Origin: an uncultured bacterium
GTDB taxonomy: Bacteria > Acidobacteriota > Thermoanaerobaculia > Multivoradales > JAHZIX01
Length of the DNA: 64,000 nt
Reading direction: 5' to 3'
Assembly: GCA_965368975.1 (NCBI GenBank)
Contig: CBDUPA010000011.1
Location: 1-64,000, forward strand
The translations under genes were made by a program, and so were the position numbers. This document shows, piece by piece, positions 1-10,700 of the stretch. The notes beneath the pieces were generated by a model. The model saw nothing but the letters and a program-made list of their open reading frames with translations, ran no database searches and was not told the DNA's origin. How positions within the stretch are numbered: the first letter of the stretch is position 1; each line of letters starts with the position of its first letter.

Positions 1-52
1 CATGGTGGCTGTTTTGACACTCCGTGGTTATGCTGTCCGTGGGGGGGCTCTG

Positions 53-1354
53 ATGAACTGGAAAGACGAATGGAAACTACTGGCAGCGTTGGTCGCCGGG
101 TTCTTGCTCGTCTACTTCCTGCCCGTCGGCAGTCCTCGCTTCGAGAAGGCAGTGCTCGAAGGCCTGCACCTGGCTCGCTGGTACGCTCGCGAGCACGTCT
201 TGTTCTGCTTGATCCCTGCCTTCTTCATCGCTGGAGCCATTGCGGTCTTCATCGCCGAGGGTGCTGTGATGAAGTACCTGGGTGCGAAGGCGAACAAGTT
301 GATTGCCTACGCGGTCGCCTCGGTCAGTGGCACCATCTTGGCGGTGTGCTCGTGCACCGTCCTGCCACTCTTCGCCGGCATCTACCGCATGGGTGCCGGA
401 CTGGGACCTGCGACCGCCTTCCTCTACTCGGGACCGGCGATCAACGTTCTGGCCATCGTTTTGACTACCCGGGTCCTGGGCGTCCAGCTAGGTATAGCGC
501 GCGCGATCGGGGCGGTGTTCTTCGCGATCGTGATCGGCATTGCGATGGACCTCTTGTTCCAGCGCGAGGAGCAGGAGCGGCGTGCGGCCCAGTGGACCCT
601 GCCGAGCGCCTCGACCTCTCGGCCCGTGTGGCAGACCCTGCTCTACTTCGGCTCGTTGGTGGCTGTTCTCATCTTCGCGACCTGGGGCCCACCGACGGGT
701 GGCTCGGGACTGTGGAATCTGATCGCCACGCTCAAGTGGCCAGCGACCACCGCGGCCGCCATCGCTTTGCTGGCGATCCTGGTGGCCTGGTTCGGTTTGA
801 GCTGGCGCAAGGCTGTCGTGGCTGGACTCGTCGTTGCTGGCGCAGGCGTCCTGCGCCCGGACACGCCGGTCCTGGCCTTCACACTGGGCATCCTGGCTCT
901 GTCGTGGCTCACCAGCACCGGTGGTGGTGAGCTGGAGCGCTGGTTCGAGTCCAGCTGGAGCTTCGCCAAGCAGATCCTGCCGCTCCTGCTAGCAGGCGTC
1001 CTGGTGGCTGGCTCCCTGCTCGGCCGTCCTGGCGGCGAGGGCCTGGTGCCGTCGGCCTGGGTGCAGGCCGCGGTGGGGGGCAACTCCCTGGCCGCGAATC
1101 TCTTCGCCGCCGTGGCTGGCTCGCTGATGTACTTCGCGACCCTGACGGAAATCCCCATCTTGCAAGGGCTGCTGGCCAACGGCATGGGCCAGGGTCCCGC
1201 CCTCGCCCTACTGCTCGCCGGCCCAGCGTTGTCCCTGCCGAATATGCTGGTGATCGCCAGCGTCCTGGGATGGAAAAAAACCTGGGCCTATGTCGCCCTC
1301 ACCGTTGTCTTTGCAACCCTCAGCGGGCTGCTCTACGGCTTCGTGATCGGATAG
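53..1354 (+). CDS. DUF318/ArsP-family permease
   Basis: Multi-TM protein with AVCSCTVLPLF, FLYSGPAIN, YFATLTEIPI and LLAGPALSLPNM motifs; followed by a small thioredoxin-like gene as in ars-type clusters. ATG 53 preferred to the ORF-track start at 2. Confidence 0.85.
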   Translation: MNWKDEWKLLAALVAGFLLVYFLPVGSPRFEKAVLEGLHLARWYAREHVLFCLIPAFFIAGAIAVFIAEGAVMKYLGAKANKLIAYAVASVSGTILAVCSCTVLPLFAGIYRMGAGLGPATAFLYSGPAINVLAIVLTTRVLGVQLGIARAIGAVFFAIVIGIAMDLLFQREEQERRAAQWTLPSASTSRPVWQTLLYFGSLVAVLIFATWGPPTGGSGLWNLIATLKWPATTAAAIALLAILVAWFGLSWRKAVVAGLVVAGAGVLRPDTPVLAFTLGILALSWLTSTGGGELERWFESSWSFAKQILPLLLAGVLVAGSLLGRPGGEGLVPSAWVQAAVGGNSLAANLFAAVAGSLMYFATLTEIPILQGLLANGMGQGPALALLLAGPALSLPNMLVIASVLGWKKTWAYVALTVVFATLSGLLYGFVIG

Positions 1355-1365
1355 GAGATCTCCAG

Positions 1366-1602
1366 ATGAAAACACTGCAAATCCTCGGCCCGGGCTGCGC
1401 CAACTGTCAGCGCCTGCAGAAGCACGTCGGGACGGCCATTGAGGAACTCGGGTTGGACTGGAGGATCGAGAAGGTCGAAGACCTCGACACGATCCTCTCC
1501 CTCGGTGTCGTGCGCACTCCCGCTCTGGTCCGCGATGGTCAGGTCCTGGTCACTGGCCAAGTACCGACAGTGGTCGAACTCAAGGAGCTGCTATCGAAGT
1601 GA
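1366..1602 (+). CDS. small thioredoxin-family redox-active disulfide protein
   Basis: MKTLQILGPGCANC...GVVRTPALVRDG; CxxC motif; AGGAG RBS just before ATG 1366. Confidence 0.88.
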   Translation: MKTLQILGPGCANCQRLQKHVGTAIEELGLDWRIEKVEDLDTILSLGVVRTPALVRDGQVLVTGQVPTVVELKELLSK

Positions 1603-1700
1603 TCAGCTCGAGAGGTGGTCGGGTCCGAGCCCGAGGAGAAACACTGGCACGGCGCTTCTCCAACTACGGCGATGACGCATATCGCCTTCCAACAGGCGCT

Positions 1701-2222
1701 CTAGGACTCACCCATATAGGCTACCTGGCAGTGACCGACAAATCGTCGGAGCAGTGTGTCCGCCTCCTCCTTTTGCTTTCTAGTGCTGCTGATCATCCGA
1801 GCAAAGGAGCTAGGATAGAAAATATCGAGGCAAAGCCTGATTCTAGTCTTTTGATCCCGAGGACCCGCTAGGCTCAGCCCCGTCGAGCTGATTCTGCGGA
1901 CTTCGATGACGAGCAATCGCTCGCCGTAATAAAGTTCTAAGCTGAATTCGCTGCTGAACTCCCCAACGACTGCGGTTGTTCCACGACCGGCTAGTTTCGT
2001 GCCACGCGAAAAAGTGCGTGGGAGGGGAGGGAGTTGCAGGCCAAGCCATTGAGAGTAGTCTTCAGTCCGCAGTACTTGCTTCCACACGAACTCTTTCGGC
2101 ACATAGGTCGTAGACTGAGCGTAGACATGGGATCGCCAGCGATTCGTGGTGGGCTTGAGATCTTCGTAAGTCAGATCTCGACCAGGTCGATGGTCGTACT
2201 CGGGTAACGGACGATCGGTCAT
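1701..2222 (-). CDS. hypothetical protein, possibly SRPBCC/START fold
   Basis: [27 protein letters not shown] resembles the SRPBCC N-terminal pattern; locally lower GC. Confidence 0.4.
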   Translation of the reverse strand: MTDRPLPEYDHRPGRDLTYEDLKPTTNRWRSHVYAQSTTYVPKEFVWKQVLRTEDYSQWLGLQLPPLPRTFSRGTKLAGRGTTAVVGEFSSEFSLELYYGERLLVIEVRRISSTGLSLAGPRDQKTRIRLCLDIFYPSSFARMISSTRKQKEEADTLLRRFVGHCQVAYMGES

Positions 2223-2343
2223 CCCTGAATCCTTTCGAGTTCCATTCTGTTGTCCTGCCAGGAGCCAAGCCGATCACTGACCAGCCAGCGCAACCCCACG
2301 CTCAACCGATTCGAGATCAGCAAGTCCTCGACATAACCACCCT

Positions 2344-4386
2344 CTACTCGATCCGCACCGCCTCCTGACGCAAATACTTCTGCAGATTCTGCTCCAGATG
2401 GTTCGCCATCTGTTCTTGACGCTGGAGCCGCATCTGGTTCACGAGCCCTTGTTGCCACTGCGCGGCCTGTTGATAGTTGCCGAGTTCGGCGTAGGCCATG
2501 GCGATGGTTTCGGCGTGGGGGATGGAGCTTTCTTTGGCGAAGGCGCGCTGGGCCAGCAGTAGAGCGCGTTGACCGTCGCGAACACTCTCGTCCGGAGCGG
2601 TGGCCAGCAAGCGGGCGAGGGTGTGGTTGACCTTGGGGTCGTCGGGGACGGTCTGGACGCCGGCTTCCAGGCGGTCGCGGGCATCGGCGTAGCGGCCGAG
2701 CAGGATCAGGGCGGTGGCTTCGCGGTCGCGCAGGTCGCCGTTCTCGGGGTCGAGTTCGACGGCTTGACGGTAGTAGCTGACGGCTTCCTCGGTGCGCTTG
2801 AGTTGTACCAGCAAGTTGGCCAGGTTGAGCGGAGCTTCTTTGACCGTCGGGTCGGTCTCGATGGCTTGCCGCAGATGGTTCATGGCGCCGTCGACGTCGT
2901 TGCGGACGGCGACGAGGGTGGCGAGCTGGACGTGGGCCTCGGCGCGGTCGCGGGGTTCTTCGGCGCGGCGGAGGAGTGCTTCGTACTCACGCTGGGCGCC
3001 ACTCGGGTCTTGGCGCTGCAGCAGCAGGGAGGCGAGGGTCTTGCGCGCGGGGATGTGGTCGGGTTCGTCGCGCAAGAGTTGGCGCAGACGGTCGACGGCG
3101 GAGGCGCTGCGGCCTTCTTGCAGATCGGCGACGGCTTGCAGGTAGCGGGCGCGGCTGTTGCTGGGGTCGAGCTGCAGCACCTGGTCGAGGTGGCCGCGGG
3201 CTTCGGCGAAGCGCTCCTGGCCGAGCAGCAGGTTGGCCAGGTTGAAGTGGCCGTCGTTGAAGTCAGGCGCGACGTCGACCGCTTTACGGAAGGCGTCTTC
3301 GGCCTGGTTGGGATGCTCGGTGGCGAGCAGGGCGTTGCCGAGGTCGAAGTGGACCCAAGGATCCTGTGGCGCCAGCGGCACGGCGCGCCGTAGCTCGGCC
3401 AGGGCGCCGTCGTGGTTGCCTCGTTGGGTCAGGGCGAGGGCCAGGTTGCGGCGTGCCTCGGCGTTGTTCGGCTCGGCAGCGACCGCCTTGCGGTACAGGG
3501 CTTCAGCTTCGTCGAGACGGCCGCCCAGCATCGCTTCACCGGCGCGTTTCATGAAGGCGGCGGCGCTGGTGGCGAGGTCGGCGAGGCTGGTGACCAATGG
3601 ATCGGGCACGCGGACGGCACCGCTGGCCGGCACGGGGGCGGCGGCCAGCAAGGCTTCGGCTTCGCCGCGGCGGTCGAGCCGGCGCAGAGCCTGAGCCAGG
3701 GCGTAGCGCGCGTCGGCGGCATCGGGCTGTGCTGCCAGGACCGCCTGGAAGTGCTCGACAGCGCCCGTGTCGTTGCCGCGCGCGGCGGCGATCTCGCCCA
3801 GGCTGAGAGCAACGGCAGCAGCGAGTGCTGGTGTGTTGGCCGCAATTTCGAGGTGTTCGGCGGCTTCGTCCAAGCGTCCCAGCTCGACCTGGACCTGTGC
3901 CAGTCGCAGGTGCGTCAGCGGGTCGTCGGGACGGACCTTGTGCGCTTGCTCGAAGGCGTCCGCCGCGGCGCTCAGGTTGGCGGCGTCGCGGTGGAGCAGG
4001 CCCGTGTAGTAGTGCAGGTGAAAGTCGCGCGGCTGCAGCTCGAGCGCATTCTGGTAGCAGGCCAGGGCGGCGCTGTGCAATTGGTAGGCGTGGTAGAAGT
4101 TGCCGAGACGGCCGTAGGCGGCGGCCACCTGTGGCGGGGTCGACGACGTCTTCAACAGGGCTTCGAGGTCCTGGCGCTGTTGCTGCAGCGACGCTCGTAC
4201 CCCCTCGGGGACCTGGTCGAGGTCGGGGTGTGGGATGTCGACCGCCGGCGTCAGGGATGGTGGTGGTGCTTCGTCCGGGGCGCCGCAGGCGGTCAGCCCG
4301 AGCAGGAGCGAGGTGAGGAGCACCGCGGCCAGTAGCCGAGGAGCGGACAGAGGAGTGGGCAGAGAGGTGGAGGGGGTGGGTGTCAC
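2344..4386 (-). CDS. TPR-repeat lipoprotein (partner of the CRTAC1-family gene)
   Basis: Lipobox LLLGLTAC; many TPR units; C-terminal LARLLATAPD...RDGQRAL motif. GTG 4386 with GGAG upstream preferred to 4542. Confidence 0.85.
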   Translation of the reverse strand: MTPTPSTSLPTPLSAPRLLAAVLLTSLLLGLTACGAPDEAPPPSLTPAVDIPHPDLDQVPEGVRASLQQQRQDLEALLKTSSTPPQVAAAYGRLGNFYHAYQLHSAALACYQNALELQPRDFHLHYYTGLLHRDAANLSAAADAFEQAHKVRPDDPLTHLRLAQVQVELGRLDEAAEHLEIAANTPALAAAVALSLGEIAAARGNDTGAVEHFQAVLAAQPDAADARYALAQALRRLDRRGEAEALLAAAPVPASGAVRVPDPLVTSLADLATSAAAFMKRAGEAMLGGRLDEAEALYRKAVAAEPNNAEARRNLALALTQRGNHDGALAELRRAVPLAPQDPWVHFDLGNALLATEHPNQAEDAFRKAVDVAPDFNDGHFNLANLLLGQERFAEARGHLDQVLQLDPSNSRARYLQAVADLQEGRSASAVDRLRQLLRDEPDHIPARKTLASLLLQRQDPSGAQREYEALLRRAEEPRDRAEAHVQLATLVAVRNDVDGAMNHLRQAIETDPTVKEAPLNLANLLVQLKRTEEAVSYYRQAVELDPENGDLRDREATALILLGRYADARDRLEAGVQTVPDDPKVNHTLARLLATAPDESVRDGQRALLLAQRAFAKESSIPHAETIAMAYAELGNYQQAAQWQQGLVNQMRLQRQEQMANHLEQNLQKYLRQEAVRIE

Positions 4387-4435
4387 GGCAGCGTCTCCAC
4401 AGGAGGTCGGGTCTCGAGCCCTGCTGGGATCGAAT

Positions 4436-6316
4436 TCAAGGTGTACCTTGACCGCGTCGCAGCTCGATGTAGGTGTTGACCGGCACGTCGTCCCAGGTCT
4501 CGACGGCCGGGCCTGTGAGGTCCGGCCAGTGGACGCGCACATGTGCTGTCAGCAGGGCGGCTGCATCCAGTGGCAGCCCCAGACCGACCAGGATACGCGG
4601 GTCGTTGGCGGAGGCATAGCTGGCGGCGGTGCGCACACGCCGGAAGTAGGTCGTGTCGCCGACGGTGATTTCGACCCAGGCACCGAGCGCGTCTCGGGGT
4701 TCTGCACGGAGGGCGTCACGTCCGGCGGGGCTGGTCAGCAGGCGCAGGCCAATCCAGCCCTGGTCCTGGCCAACCCGATTCTGCAGCAGGCGCACCGGAC
4801 CGCTGTTCTGGCTCACCACGACATCGGTGTCACCATCGTTGTCGAGGTCACCGAAGGCGGCGCCGCGGCTGACCTCGGAACGGCGGAAGACCGCACCGGC
4901 TTCGGCCGTGATCTCGCGAAAGGTACCGTCGCCTTGGTTGCGGAACAGCTGATTCTTCTGGTGCAGGGGTAGCTTGTCGCCCGCCAGCGCCAACTCTTCG
5001 AGGATCTTGACCGCGCCAGTGACGGTCAGCAGGTCGAGCCAGCCGTCGTTGTCGACGTCGATCCAGGCGGTGCCGAAGCCGGTGGCTTCGAAGGTCGGGG
5101 CGGCTAGCCCCGCCCGCATGGTGACGTCGTCGAATTGACCGCTACCGTCGTTGGCGTACAGGGTGTGCGTCTCGCGCGTCAGGTGGGTGATGAAGAGGTC
5201 TTCGTCGCCGTCATTGTCGAAGTCGGCGGCATCCATGCCCATGCTGGCTTCTGGCTGCCCCTTGCTGTTGACGGCCACGCCACCGAGCAGAGCTTCGTTG
5301 CGGAAACTGCCGTCCGGCTGTTGCATCCACAGGTGGTTGGGCAGTCCGTCGTTGCCGACGTAGAGATCGGGACGGCCATCGAGGTTGAAGTCGGCAGTCA
5401 CGGCGCCCAGCGCACCCCCGCCCTCGGCGTTGAGCAAACCGCTACGACCGGTGACATCTTCGAACGTACCGTCGCCACGGCCGCGCCACAGGGCGTCACT
5501 CACCGGTTGGTAGGACAGCGGTCCGCAGTAGTTGGGGCGCCCCAGCTCGGTGGTGCACAGCTTGTGGGTGGCGATCGAGTAGTCGACGTAGTTGCCGGCG
5601 AAGAGATCCAGGTTACCGTCGCGGTCGTAGTCGAAAAGCGCCGCCGGCACGCTCCAGCGCGGATCACCGACATTACTGGCCGAGCTGCGCGTCGCGTCTT
5701 CGAAGGTGCCGTCGCCCCGATTGCGCCACAGTCGGTTCGGGCCGCCGAAGACGGTGATGTAGACGTCGACATGACCATCATTGTCGATGTCGCCAGTGGC
5801 CAGGCCCATCGAGTAGTGGTCACCGTTCTGAGCGTCCTTGGCACCGAGGCCGGATTGTGCTGTGACGTCGGTGAAGCGCAGCTCGCCGGTTTCCATCAGT
5901 TCGTTGCGGTACAGCCGGTCGCCGAGCGGTTGGCTGGCGCGTGATGGTGTTGGGGGAAAGGTGGCTTGCTGGAGGGTCGCTCCGGGGTCGAGCAGCTGGC
6001 CTTGCAGCAGCAACACGTCCAGATCACCGTCGCTGTCGTAGTCCAAGACGGCGCAGCCGCCGCTCATCATCTCGGAGAAGTAGTACTGCCCCGACATGCC
6101 ATTGAAGTGCACGAATTCGAGACCCACCTCGGCGGCGACATCGACGAACAGGTCGTCCGGCCCCGGCTGGAAGGACGCGTCCGCGGTTTCGGAACTGCCG
6201 GGGGTCTCGGGCTTCGCCGCTGGCTCGGTTGGCGAGCAGGCCCACAAGCAGCTGCAGCAGAGCAGCCAGAGGCCGCTATGGATGGAAAACAGTCGACGAG
6301 GGTGATGAGTCAGCAT
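4436..6316 (-). CDS. CRTAC1-family FG-GAP/ASPIC-UnbV lipoprotein
   Basis: Repeated DxDxDGxxD FG-GAP motifs, RGAAFGDLDNDGDTD, C-terminal ASPIC/UnbV-like region (ASYASANDPRILVGLG...VHWP); lipobox-like CLWAC. Confidence 0.9.
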   Translation of the reverse strand: MLTHHPRRLFSIHSGLWLLCCSCLWACSPTEPAAKPETPGSSETADASFQPGPDDLFVDVAAEVGLEFVHFNGMSGQYYFSEMMSGGCAVLDYDSDGDLDVLLLQGQLLDPGATLQQATFPPTPSRASQPLGDRLYRNELMETGELRFTDVTAQSGLGAKDAQNGDHYSMGLATGDIDNDGHVDVYITVFGGPNRLWRNRGDGTFEDATRSSASNVGDPRWSVPAALFDYDRDGNLDLFAGNYVDYSIATHKLCTTELGRPNYCGPLSYQPVSDALWRGRGDGTFEDVTGRSGLLNAEGGGALGAVTADFNLDGRPDLYVGNDGLPNHLWMQQPDGSFRNEALLGGVAVNSKGQPEASMGMDAADFDNDGDEDLFITHLTRETHTLYANDGSGQFDDVTMRAGLAAPTFEATGFGTAWIDVDNDGWLDLLTVTGAVKILEELALAGDKLPLHQKNQLFRNQGDGTFREITAEAGAVFRRSEVSRGAAFGDLDNDGDTDVVVSQNSGPVRLLQNRVGQDQGWIGLRLLTSPAGRDALRAEPRDALGAWVEITVGDTTYFRRVRTAASYASANDPRILVGLGLPLDAAALLTAHVRVHWPDLTGPAVETWDDVPVNTYIELRRGQGTP

Positions 6317-6422
6317 GAGTAGGTCGAGCCAAAGTGCGGTCCGGCGGCCGGAATGCAGCGAAATGCTAGCATGACCTCACCTTCCAATCCTTCGAAACTG
6401 TCGCGCAATAGGAGGCCTCAAG

Positions 6423-7355
6423 ATGACTTGGACTCGCCGTCGTTTCCTCGCTACCACCTCGCTTGTCACGGCCGCGGCCGCGTTGCCCTGGAATCCCCGC
6501 TCATCCTGGATGTCCAGCGCGCTGGCGCAGGAGGCCAGCGGCTCTTTTGAGACGCTGCGCCGTAACATCGGCATCTTCAACGGCCAGGGCGGCACCATCG
6601 GCTGGCTGGTGGCCGACGATGCCCTGGTGGTCGTCGATACCCAGTTCCCCGCGACCGCCGCGACCTGCTGGCAGGGGCTCGACGAGCGTTCCGAGCGTCA
6701 GATCGACCTGCTGATCAACAGCCACCACCACGGGGATCACACCGCCGGCAATGCGGTGTTCCAGCCGCACGCCAAGACCTTCGTGGCGCACGCCAATGTA
6801 CCCGTCTGGCAGAAGAAGGCGACTGAGGCGCGCGGCAACACCGAGGGGCAGGCCTACGCCAGCACCACCTATGAGGACCACTGGCAGTCGGACCTGGGTT
6901 CCGAGAAGGTGCGCCTCGACTATTACGGCCGTGCCCATACCAGTGGAGACTCGGTGATCCATTTCGAGAAAGCGGATGTGGTGCACATGGGCGACCTGGT
7001 GTTCAACCGCTATCCGGCTTTCATCGACCGCCCTGCCGGCGCCACGATCGAGGGCTGGATGCAGCTGCTGGAGAAGGTTCACGCCCGCTTCAGCGACGAC
7101 ACTCTGTTCATCCACGGGCACGGCAATCCCGAGTTCGGTGTCACCGGCGGCCGTGCCGACCTGCTGCACATGCGTGACTTTCTGGGTGCGCTGCTGGAGT
7201 ACGCTCAGAAGGGTATCCAGGCCGGTAAGTCCGAAGATGAGGTGGCGAGTGCCCTGAAGTTGCCGGGCTTCGAGGAGCACTACGCGGAGAGCTGGAAGGT
7301 GGCGATTCCCAACTGCCTGCGCGTCGCGCACCAGGAGGTACGGGAGGGCGCTTGA
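6423..7355 (+). CDS. Tat-exported MBL-fold metallo-hydrolase (cyclase-like)
   Basis: Tat motif TRRRFL; HHHGDH, HTSGD, MGD and HGHG metal ligands. Confidence 0.9.
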   Translation: MTWTRRRFLATTSLVTAAAALPWNPRSSWMSSALAQEASGSFETLRRNIGIFNGQGGTIGWLVADDALVVVDTQFPATAATCWQGLDERSERQIDLLINSHHHGDHTAGNAVFQPHAKTFVAHANVPVWQKKATEARGNTEGQAYASTTYEDHWQSDLGSEKVRLDYYGRAHTSGDSVIHFEKADVVHMGDLVFNRYPAFIDRPAGATIEGWMQLLEKVHARFSDDTLFIHGHGNPEFGVTGGRADLLHMRDFLGALLEYAQKGIQAGKSEDEVASALKLPGFEEHYAESWKVAIPNCLRVAHQEVREGA

Positions 7356-7401
7356 GGACTCTGCTTCTGGCATGGTGTTTGCCTACTGCGAGCGCTGACA
7401 G

Positions 7402-7620
7402 AGATCCACAGTCGGTGTCGAAAAGCCTGTGGAAAACCCTCTGGAAAACTGCCGGAAACTCCGATCTTTCGGGCGTTTCCGGCGTTTTGCACCGATTCCA
7501 GTGCAGCCGGGCTAAGTGTCTGCGAATAGGTGATTTGCCAGGAGTGTTCGAATTCGGGAAAGGTCCGTGAATCGGGAACCGGCGGCTGAGTTTTCCACAG
7601 AAAAAACGACGTCCGGATAA
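7402..7620. promoter_or_regulatory. cluster of DnaA-box-like 9-mers in a convergent intergenic region
   Basis: TGTGGAAAA (7428) and TTTTCCACA (7591) match TTWTNCACA; one-mismatch boxes at 7440 and 7485; two-mismatch boxes at 7402 and 7612. Confidence 0.4.
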
Positions 7621-7704
7621 AACCCCTGCCAAGTAACTGTCGTCACAGGAGTTACAGCCGCGTGACAGCGATGGTCGAGTGCCTCCGCACACCGGCAAGG
7701 GGTA

Positions 7705-10700
7705 TCAATTCTGGAAAGATGGATCGTCGGATCGCTCTTCCAGGAAAGCGAAGCGGTCGCTGCGTAGCTGCCGGCCGGCGTCGGTATCGGCACGGTCGAT
7801 TTCGGTCAGGTAGGCCTCTTCGAGATTCGGCTCGACGGCGTCGCCGGCCAGAGCTTCGCCGGGGCGGGCGACGGCACGCAGGCGCAGCCCCTGCAGGGTG
7901 CGCACGCGCGCCGTGACCCGGTAGCGGTGACCGAAGTCGCGCAGCTCTTGGTCGTCCACCAGGGCGCTGAACACCCGCCCACGCGCCCGCTCGACCAGGG
8001 CGGCGGGTGGACCGTCGAAGCGCAGGCGGCCGCGGTGCAGCAGCAGGATGCGCGAGGCGGCGGCGTCGACATCACTGGCGATGTGGGTGGAAAAGAGAAT
8101 GATGCGCTCGCCGGCAATGGCCAGCAGGGCCTGACGGAAGGCGTCGCGCGACTCGATGTCGAGGCCGGTGGTCGGTTCGTCGACGATCAGGATCGGCGGA
8201 TCACCGAGCAGGGCACGCGCGATACCGGCGCGCTGGCGCATGCCGCCCGAGTAGTCGCGCACCCGTCGGCCGGCGTGCTCTTCCAGGCCGACCTGGCGCA
8301 GCAGGCGCTCGATCTGGCGCTGTCGCTCGGCGCGCTCGAAGATGCCTTTCTCGAGCGCCCAGTAGTCGAGGAATTGCTCGGCGGTGAAGTCGGGGTAGGC
8401 GTTGAATTCTTGCGGCAGGAAGCCGATACGGCGTCGGTAGTGCGCCCGGTTCTCGGGTTCGACCTCGACGCCGTGGAAGGACAGGCCGCCACGGCTCGGT
8501 TCGAGCAGGCCGGTGAGTAGGCGCAGTAGGGTTGTCTTGCCGGCCCCGTTGGGGCCGAGCAGGCCGATGATGCCGGGCCGGAGGTCGAAGCTGACGCCGC
8601 GCAGTGCCTGGAAGCCGCTGCCCCGAGAGGCCAGCAGGCCCCGCGGTCCGGGCTGCCGGTAGATCTTGGTCAGGCGTCGTACGCTGAGCCTCGGCGGCGC
8701 GTCGGCCTGGTGCCAGGCGGGAGGGTCGCGACGCTGCTGGCGGGCCACCGTGTCGCGCTGGCGCCAGGCGATGCCCAGCAGCAGCAGCGCGGGTAAGACG
8801 GTCGCGGTGGTGGCCAGGGAGGTGCCCGCGGCGAGGGCGGCTACCGCCAGCGGCAGACGCCAGGCTTGACCGGGTGCCGCTGCGGAGAAGGTGGCTTCGA
8901 GACCCGGAATCAACGCCGGGCCGGCGAGCACGAGGACGACGGTCAGAACGCTCCACCACCACCAGCCGGCGCTCGCCGCCAGAGGTCGGTAGACCTGGAC
9001 GCCCACCCCATGAGGGCCCCCGTATCTACCACTGTCAGCGCCGTCGGCCGCAGGCCGCCCCAGGATCGCCGCCGCCATCTCCAGCGCCGCCGGCTGCATG
9101 GCGCACAGGGCCGCGGCCAGCGACAGCAGCAGGAACTCGTCGACCTGCCCGGCGCCGCGCGCGATCCAGGGCGTCGCGACCGCCAGGCCGAGAGTGGCCG
9201 GCGCCAGGGCCGCCAGCCCGGCGGGTAGCGAGTTGAGCCGCAGGACGGCGGTGGCGAGCCACAAGAGCGGCAGCGCCAGGGCCAGGCCGAGCAAGCGTAG
9301 GCGTTCTTGCTGCCAGTGCAGTGGCGACAGGTTGGGACGTTCGAGGTCGCTGCCTGCGGGAAGCTCGACGGTCGCCAGCGCGGCATGGACCTTGTCGCGG
9401 CTTTCGCGTCGCATGTCTTCACCGCTGAAGGGGAAGCGCACGTCGACGGTGAGTTCGAAGCGGCCAGAGCGCCGCGGCAGGGCGGGCGGCACCAGTCGTT
9501 CGCGGGTCTGGAACTGGGCCGCCACGACCACCGGCTCCCCATTTGCATCGTCTCCTGGCTGCAACGGAGTTTCCAGCAGCTGTGCGCGTGCCGGCACGTC
9601 GTCGGCGCGCAGCGGATATCCGGGCAGCTGCAGCGTCAGCCAACGCTCGAAGGTCCCCGGCAGTCGCCAGCGCCGCGGCGGTGAGCTGCGCCGGCGCAAC
9701 TCGGCGGCCAGCGTGCTGCCCCGGTCCGCCAGGTATGGGTGTGGCTGCAGTTCCAGGTACTGGCTGGGCACGCCCCAGTCCGTCCGGATGTGGCTGAGCC
9801 GTGTGTCGTGCCGCAGCAGCTGGTCGCGCGTGCGCAGCCAGGCGGTGCGCAGGGCTTCGCCGTCGGTACTGCGCAGCAGGAAGCGGTAGCCGAAGGCGTC
9901 CTCGTCGGCTTCCGGTCGCTGTTCCAGGCTGTCGTCGAAGCGCAGTGCCCCACCCTCGCGGCCTGCGAAGCCGCTGTCGACGGTGACGGCCTGGCCACTC
10001 TGCGCCAGCTCGTAGCTCAGCCGTGTCAACATGCGCCGTCGCCGATCGGGGCGGCGGTGGCGCGGCTGCAGCTCGACGTAGAGGGTCGCTCGCGTCGGCC
10101 CGATCAGGCTCCAGTGGCCGGCGATTGCGGAGGCCTCGCCGAACAGCTGGCTGCGGTCGGCCAGCCCATCGAGCCGCGCTTCGAGTTCACGCACACGCGC
10201 TTCCATCTCGGCCAGGGTCGAGCCCTCGGGCATCGTCACCTCGACGATCAGCTCCCCCGTGTCGGGGCTCAGCGTGCCGGCTCGCGGGTCGAGGGCGTCT
10301 CCGAACACGATCAGCAGCGAGGCGGCGACCGTGACGGCGAACAGCACGACGGTGGCGCTTTGTCGCACCAGGGTCTGCAGTAGGCGACGGCTGAGCGGCA
10401 GGGCTGGCTGCTCCCGCGTGTCGTGCCTGCCAGAGCCTCTGCGAGTGTGGGTTGCCGGCGAGAGTAGCGGCAGGATCGCCAGACCGCCAGCGACGCCGAG
10501 CAGGAAGGTGAGGGCCGCGTCGCGCAGCATGGGGCCGAGGCCGCCGGAGGCCAGGGCCACGGCGATCGGCAGTGCGGCGGCGCTGAGCAGGCAGCTGAGC
10601 GCGCTGCCGGCCCAGGAATACTCGCGTTGCCGAGCCAAGCGCCAGGCGGCCATCGGCAGCACCGTGCACACCCCCAGGATCAGGGCCGGCAGCGACAGGA

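Noticed and set aside
6423-7355. MBL-fold gene as a true beta-lactamase
   Set aside because: The fold motifs are shared across the superfamily; it looks like the Tat-exported cyclase-like group and nothing supports a resistance role.
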